NCBI GenBank assembly: GCA_012295275.1
Contig: CM022672.1
Span: 18,228,001-18,292,000, forward strand
Direction of reading: 5' to 3'
Length of the DNA stretch: 64,000 nt
Origin: Chrysomallon squamiferum
Taxonomy: Eukaryota; Animalia; Mollusca
In this document: positions 54,238-64,000 of the stretch, in pieces
How the letters are laid out: every line of letters begins with the position of its first letter
Numbering within the stretch: the first letter of the stretch is position 1
Position numbers and translations under genes: made by a program
The notes under the pieces: generated by a model
What the model saw: the letters and a program-made list of their open reading frames with translations, nothing else
What the model was told of the DNA's origin: nothing
The model's database searches: none

Positions 54238-56317
54238 TTCTGTTCTTTTATTTTATATTGCCGGTGAAGGTTGAATGATTTTTTTTATTTTTTTTTTTTT
54301 TTTTAAATCCATTTCTTTTCACTGTTGTCATATTCTGTTTTGATTGTTTATTCTTAAGAACTTGGGCCTTTGATTATAGAGTATTACAGACTAAGCTATG
54401 AAAATAATACATGAATGGTTGAATCTCTTGTTGTTAAGTATGTATGTTATCTCTAAACTTGTCTCATGTATTTTATAATCAAAGGCCAGCTTTTGTTTTT
54501 ATTTCTGTTCCAGAAATAATGATATGAAAGTTTTTTGAAACACTATTTTGATTTTTAAGATATATATTTTTATAATATAGTTTGTTGTGACAGATATAAA
54601 AATGTTTTAAATTTCTGAGGCATAATAAAAACTTACTAATTATTTTTGGAACAAAACCTGGTCTTCATTTTAAGTTAATTCACTTCACAACATATTCTGT
54701 ACATTTAGCATGTATGTATATATGTATATAAACCGTGAATTCTTGTGTGCAATGTCATTATTTTGCATTGGTGTCTTCATGTTCATTGCATTCTGTTGTG
54801 ATATGCGTGTGTACTCAGTTGATTCTGATTCTTGTTTCACTCAAAGTTCACTGTAACTGTCTGTATCTGAAGTTTAACTCAGGCTCAAACAACAGATGAT
54901 GTCGTCTAAATGAGATTTATGTTGAATGCTGTGGCTGTGGTGTTAAAATGAGTTCTGCAAAAAGTTTGAGCCATTGTATTTTATATATGGACCAAGAATG
55001 TGCGCACTGAAGACCTTGAGCTTTCTGGTCAGACGTTTCTCAGGTATTAGTTGCCTTTGACATTAATTGATATGTAAATCTGAACTTTTTTTATTGCTAA
55101 TTCTGAGTATAAAATTCCCTCCTAAAAACAAACTTTTGTCATAGCAATATTTTGGAAAGAGTCTTCCGTTTTGAACTTGTCTCTTATTGGGGAGGTTTTC
55201 ATTTAGATTACCCCATAGTGATGTTTTTATAGGTATTCCTTCAATTATGTCGCAGACATACACAACTCTAAACGCTTTTCTTTGGATCAGCTTCATAACC
55301 CCTGATGATTCATTCACTTCATTGCCTTTAGAGATTTCATTAACTTGCATTTGAAGCTTCTTTTCTTCTCTTTCATGATATTAATTCTGGTTGTGATTTC
55401 ATTTGCTAACAATATAGATCTGAACTTCAATTTAAACACTGTCCCGCAGAAATAAGCAGCCCCGAGACATACTCCTCCTCTTGGATTCAAATAAGCTATA
55501 TTTACATTTACAATCTATTATCTGTTACTTAAAACCTCTTTTGCTTCATCTCACAGATTATTCTGTGAAAATATGGCAACATGTTTATAAAATAAAACTA
55601 AAATGTCTGATATCAAAGGCCACTGATGCCTTCTGATTTGTCAGAAACTAAATTTTACAATTTTCGGTTTTGTTTTATAAACTTGGTACCATAAAATATT
55701 CTCCTTCTTTGCCTTGTTTTTAATCTTTTATTTTCCCATTTGTTTCCTTTCTCTTGTCATTTTTAAATGTGTAGCCAAACATATCCTTAATTTTTAGTTT
55801 GATGCTATTAATTGTGTTATCTATGGTAAAATAAATTTTGTGAATTTCCAAATGCATCTCAAATGTTACAAATGTGATGTAAATATGTAATGTTTAATAT
55901 TAATTTCTACAGTGACAATGAATGTTTTTGTATTGTTAAATTTTCATCTTCAACAGATTTGTTTTGTTTTGGTATAGTTATTATACATTTATTATCCTTG
56001 TGCTGCTTTCTTTTTTATTTTCATACATTAACTCCAAAGCATGGACATCAAAAGCATGGCTTATATATATAATTTTAATTTTTTTTAACCAAAATGTCTG
56101 TCTGGTTTTTAAAATTGTTAAATTGATTGTCATGAAATCTGTAAGGAATTTGTTTTTTTTCTTCTTTCAGTTATAGATAGTTTATCGTCCCAAGCGCTGA
56201 TATTTCAAAGGCGAATGAGGCAACATTTAAATGAAGCTGTGACATTCAGACACTAACAGTTCTGTGCTGCTTTTATTCTTCTAGCTAGATGGAAAATAAA
56301 GCAATACTCAGCATAAA

Positions 56318-56351
<34 letters not shown>

Positions 56352-59300
56352 CTCTAACAAATTCCAACTATAGACCATTTTTTGTTTGCTTGTAGACATG
56401 CTTCTACCAAGGTGTTGGTGCTTGATAAACACAAAACAGTTTTCTATTCTGTCTAGTCAGTCATTGCATGTGTCCTGTTAAAACCAAAGGTTGAAGACTT
56501 TGTTTTTTTGTTCCACCTTTTCCATTTTGGATCTTTAAATGGTGAATAATCTATGTCAGATGTTTTCTTTGTTTTTCATTATTTACCCTTGATTCTGGTG
56601 CATTATGTATGCTTTGAAATAAAAGACTTTTAAAAAAAAATACACATCAAATGGATTTGTGGATATTGTCTGCAGGTACTAAAGGAAAAAAAAAAAAAAA
56701 AAAAAGCCACATTGAAACCATCATAATTTGTTTTTCAATTTAATATTTTGAGAATTTGATCTCAGCAAAGATATGATTCCAGCATTTCATTTTCTAAAGA
56801 TTTTTATTTTCTCTGTGTTCTGAATGTATTAAATTTCTTTGTTGTATTTCTGTTTATTTACTTTATAATTCTGTACTAAAATATATTAATTTCATTACAT
56901 GCACATTTTCCTTTTGTGTTTTACTATATCCTAAATTTTCTGAATAAAGTAAATTAAAAATTAAAAATTATTAAACTGAAACACTTTATTGTTTATGAAT
57001 TGTATGATATGACTATACCTATCCATAAGTATTTAATTTTTGTTTATAATTAAATATTCTTGTCTGTTAAATAAAAGAGGAATTATTATCTTCTTTTTTC
57101 TAACACGTGCACATTCTGTCTCAGTCTCTGTATTTGCTTTCTTTCTCTTGCATTTTTATGTCGGAATCTGGAATCAATATATATTTAAATGAAAATACTT
57201 TTGCTAGCTATATACACTGGTTTGTCTACTTAAAATGGCTTTTAAAATAGTTAAATGTATGAGAACTTTATGAAAGTCACGGTACTAATTTATCTAGTCA
57301 GATGCTTGTTAAATTTTAGTAATGTTAATTTGATCTCAGTTTTTAATGATGGTGATGAGGTCAAATTAGGCTGTATAACAGTTTGTATCATTGATAAATT
57401 TTAATTTTCAGCATCTGAATTTTAAATGGCTGATAATTCAGATTTTTACAAATTTAAAAAAACTGTTATTATATAACTACTTGAATTTTAATAGTATTTT
57501 GGTGAAATATCCAAAATTAGTTTCATTAACTCTTTTTTTAAATATTCTTTTAACATATGAAAATGCTACAAAGGTTTAAATTAATACTGAAAATAAAACT
57601 AAACTTGAATATTTAAATACAATTTTATCAAGGTTTTTATACATTCTGAGCATTTTTCTTTCATGTTATACAGTATGTTGTTACAGAGTTAGGGTATGGG
57701 TACTTGCACCATTTGTTATGTTGTATTGATTTTGTTCTTTTATTTTTTCTTATTTCTTCCAATTTTGGAGTGGTATATAATATTGTTCTGTGTCTGTCTA
57801 CCTGTTAGTCTGATGATAACATGTTGAAGCAGTTTCTTGTTTCTTGGTGTAAGCAGTAAAAATGACAAAATTCTTTCAAAAAAAAAAGAAAAGAATGCTA
57901 ATTAATAATCTGTTGTTTATTTTAAATATAAACAAATATAATTAATTATTATTATTATTATTATTTATAAAACTATTTCTATAATACACTGAAGGCTGAA
58001 AAAATAGAATGAGAAGGTAAATAATTAAATTATTATTTATTTTATTACTGTTATTGTTAATTTTTTTTTCTTTTTAAGAGGAAAAAAATAGTTTTGGGTA
58101 AATTTTACTGCATGTCTTTGTCAAAATTTATGGTTGTGGTTTCTCAGTGTGTGATTACCATATTACCTAACCTTTGTTATATTTATGAATGTTGCAATTA
58201 CTGTCATTAATATGTAACAGTGTTGTGTCTGAATATTTATTATAAAACTGAAAAAAGTTATTAATGTGAGTAAGTAAATAAACTTTGCAAGAGATTGTAC
58301 TAATGCCGGATATATATATAATTATTTATTTCAATACGTTTTTTTTTTTTTTTTTTTTTTTTTTAACTCAAATTCTGAAAATATTGTAGCCAGCAGCTAC
58401 TGTTCTTTATGTATAAAAACAAAACGAATTGAAAACACCAAAGATAAACAATAACAAGCAGGAAGAAGTATTTATTATCTTTAAATTATTCAGGTAGTTT
58501 TGATATAGAGATATTATGCGTATCCTTTAACAGTAAAAAATAATAAAGTCATATCTGATCATCAACCTTTTTGAAAGTTAATGTATAATGAATATGAAAA
58601 AGGTGAGGGGAGGTGTGTTGTTTTATTTATCATGAAACATTCCAGCTAGTCTGTTTCCAAACAAAATCCAAAAACCTGTAGTATGTATAAGTATCTCTAA
58701 TAAACTTCTTTTTTTGCAATCACAATTGTTGTTTTGTTGTTTTTTCCCAGATGTTTATTGTTTAGTATATTACTTTTATTGTTACAGAAAAAAAAAAAAA
58801 AAAAAAAAAATAATAAAAAATTTAAAATTTGTGTTATCTAATATTGTTTTCTCTTCAAATCAATAACATTTAATACAAGAAAAAAATTAATAATAAAACA
58901 AATTCTTCATCATCTCTGTAATATATTTTCTTCTTAAGCAAAGTTACTAGAGTTTTGATGACAAATAATAACTTTATTTTTTTTAATATCTAATCTTATT
59001 TTTCTAAATTTTTTTTTTTTTCTTTTTTGATAAATATGATTGTCACCCTGTGTCATTAGAACATACCAGTTTGTATAATTTATGCAAAAGCAGGTAAGTC
59101 ATTAAACAGATATGATTGTTTAATCAATTTGTACTAATGTAGTCATCAGTAAATTTAAAAATCACAATTCTTAATGATATCTATATAGAATATTTATAGT
59201 TGAATAAAATAAATAATATATCTATAAAATTAATAATAATAAATACTATGATAATTCAATTAATTATTATTAATTCAAGTCCTGTACACAATTGCCTTTG

Positions 59301-59579
59301 CACCCAGAGATAACAGACACAATGCAAAGTTTTATAAGAAAACAAAAGACTAAATCTGATTTGTCAGTATAATTATCCAGTGACCTGGTCCTGTATAAGC
59401 ACAGTGGCTTGAACTGATTGTAGATCAATAAACATATCTGAATTCAATTCTGTTGACTATAGCCATCGTCCAAATATGTAAATAAACTTATCTCTTGGTA
59501 TGATTGGTAATGACGGGCTTTGACAATAATTAGAAAGCAAACTAATTCTTAAAATGTAAATTATATAATTTCACTCTAA

Positions 59580-59636
<57 letters not shown>

Positions 59637-59856
59637 TATTATTATTAAAGATATATGTTTTGGTTCTTTCTGTTAATTCCTTCTGTGAAATATCAGTGTT
59701 AACAGCATGGTCCATGATAATACAATTTAAAATATATTTTCTGTAATATCTGGTTCTTTATTTCTGACGTTAAAACGTCTATAAAATACTTGAATATACC
59801 TGCACACTAGTTTTATTTTACATCCTTGTTAAATAAAAATCTATTACCAACACTTT

Positions 59857-59857
<1 letters not shown>

Positions 59858-59947
<90 letters not shown>
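59858..59947 (+). repeat. (CA)n(GA)n microsatellite about 350 bp upstream of the PSMB5 ATG
   Basis: Direct reading. Confidence 0.95.
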
Positions 59948-59951
<4 letters not shown>

Positions 59952-60289
59952 CGTAGTATCTGACTTCCTAATGGCAACATATTTCTAAAATAAATTAAAA
60001 CCTTTGACGTTTCAAGAAATTCGTTGATAATGTCATTGTCACGGATTTTAAATTTTGAGTACGTTTTTATTTGTATACATGCAAAAATCTGTTAACTAAT
60101 TTTTGTCTTTAAATATTAATCTTTAATATAGTTTATTTTTATAACACTATCACTAAACTCAAATGCCAACATATATTTAAATATAATTAAAATCTTCAGA
60201 TGAATTTTCGTGTTGAAGTCGAATTAAAGACGAGAAAATACATTGATGCTTGTCATTCGGGGAGGAATTAACAACAGAAAATTAAGAAA

Positions 60290-63691
<3,402 letters not shown>

Positions 63692-64000
63692 TGACACTTT
63701 AAAGACTGAACTAAAAACAGGGAGAAATTGTTAAAAACGTTTATCATCTTAGTGATGGTTTATCACATTTCGTTCATTGCAGGAAGAGTTTCGCACATTC
63801 ATTAAATTAATTATCAATAACAGTGAAGGGTGTTTTTTGTTTCACTTTCTTGTTTCTTTTTTTTTTTTGTTTTAAAATTAATATCCCACATGAAATAGTT
63901 TTGAAGTTTTTATTTATTTTATTAATATGTTTTTTCCCCAATCTGTTTACAATGAAAAGTAAACGTGATATGTTTCTTTAAAAAAAAAAAAAAGGCATCT

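Noticed and set aside
60247-60257. Possible Nrf1/ARE proteasome element upstream of PSMB5
   Set aside because: ATGACAAGCA has a 2-nt spacer; the ARE needs TGACnnnGC.

Overview
AT-rich, microsatellite-dense, intron-containing animal genomic DNA. It is most likely a gastropod mollusc, judged from composition and a tRNA-derived SINE remnant; this is inference only. Three complete spliced genes could be assembled by hand with GT-AG introns and consistent phases. Two are 10-exon QSOX sulfhydryl oxidase paralogs in head-to-head orientation: QSOX-A (minus, 31187-41342, about 653 aa) and QSOX-B (plus, 44143-54237, about 667 aa). The third is a 7-exon proteasome beta5 gene (plus, 60290-63691, about 275 aa). 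The most interesting system is the QSOX pair. Both copies keep all catalytic CxxC motifs. B ends in the usual transmembrane helix plus cytoplasmic tail, whereas A ends in what looks like a GPI-anchor signal and has a Thr-rich, mucin-like linker in place of B's acidic linker. Their FAD-binding ERV exons are almost free of synonymous differences, a gene-conversion signature, while other exons are heavily diverged. The left 28 kb has no recognisable protein domain. It holds CpG-rich enhancer-like islands and several minus-strand candidate mini-exons, consistent with the 5' end of a developmental gene beyond the left edge (Lhx3/4 is the synteny-based guess).
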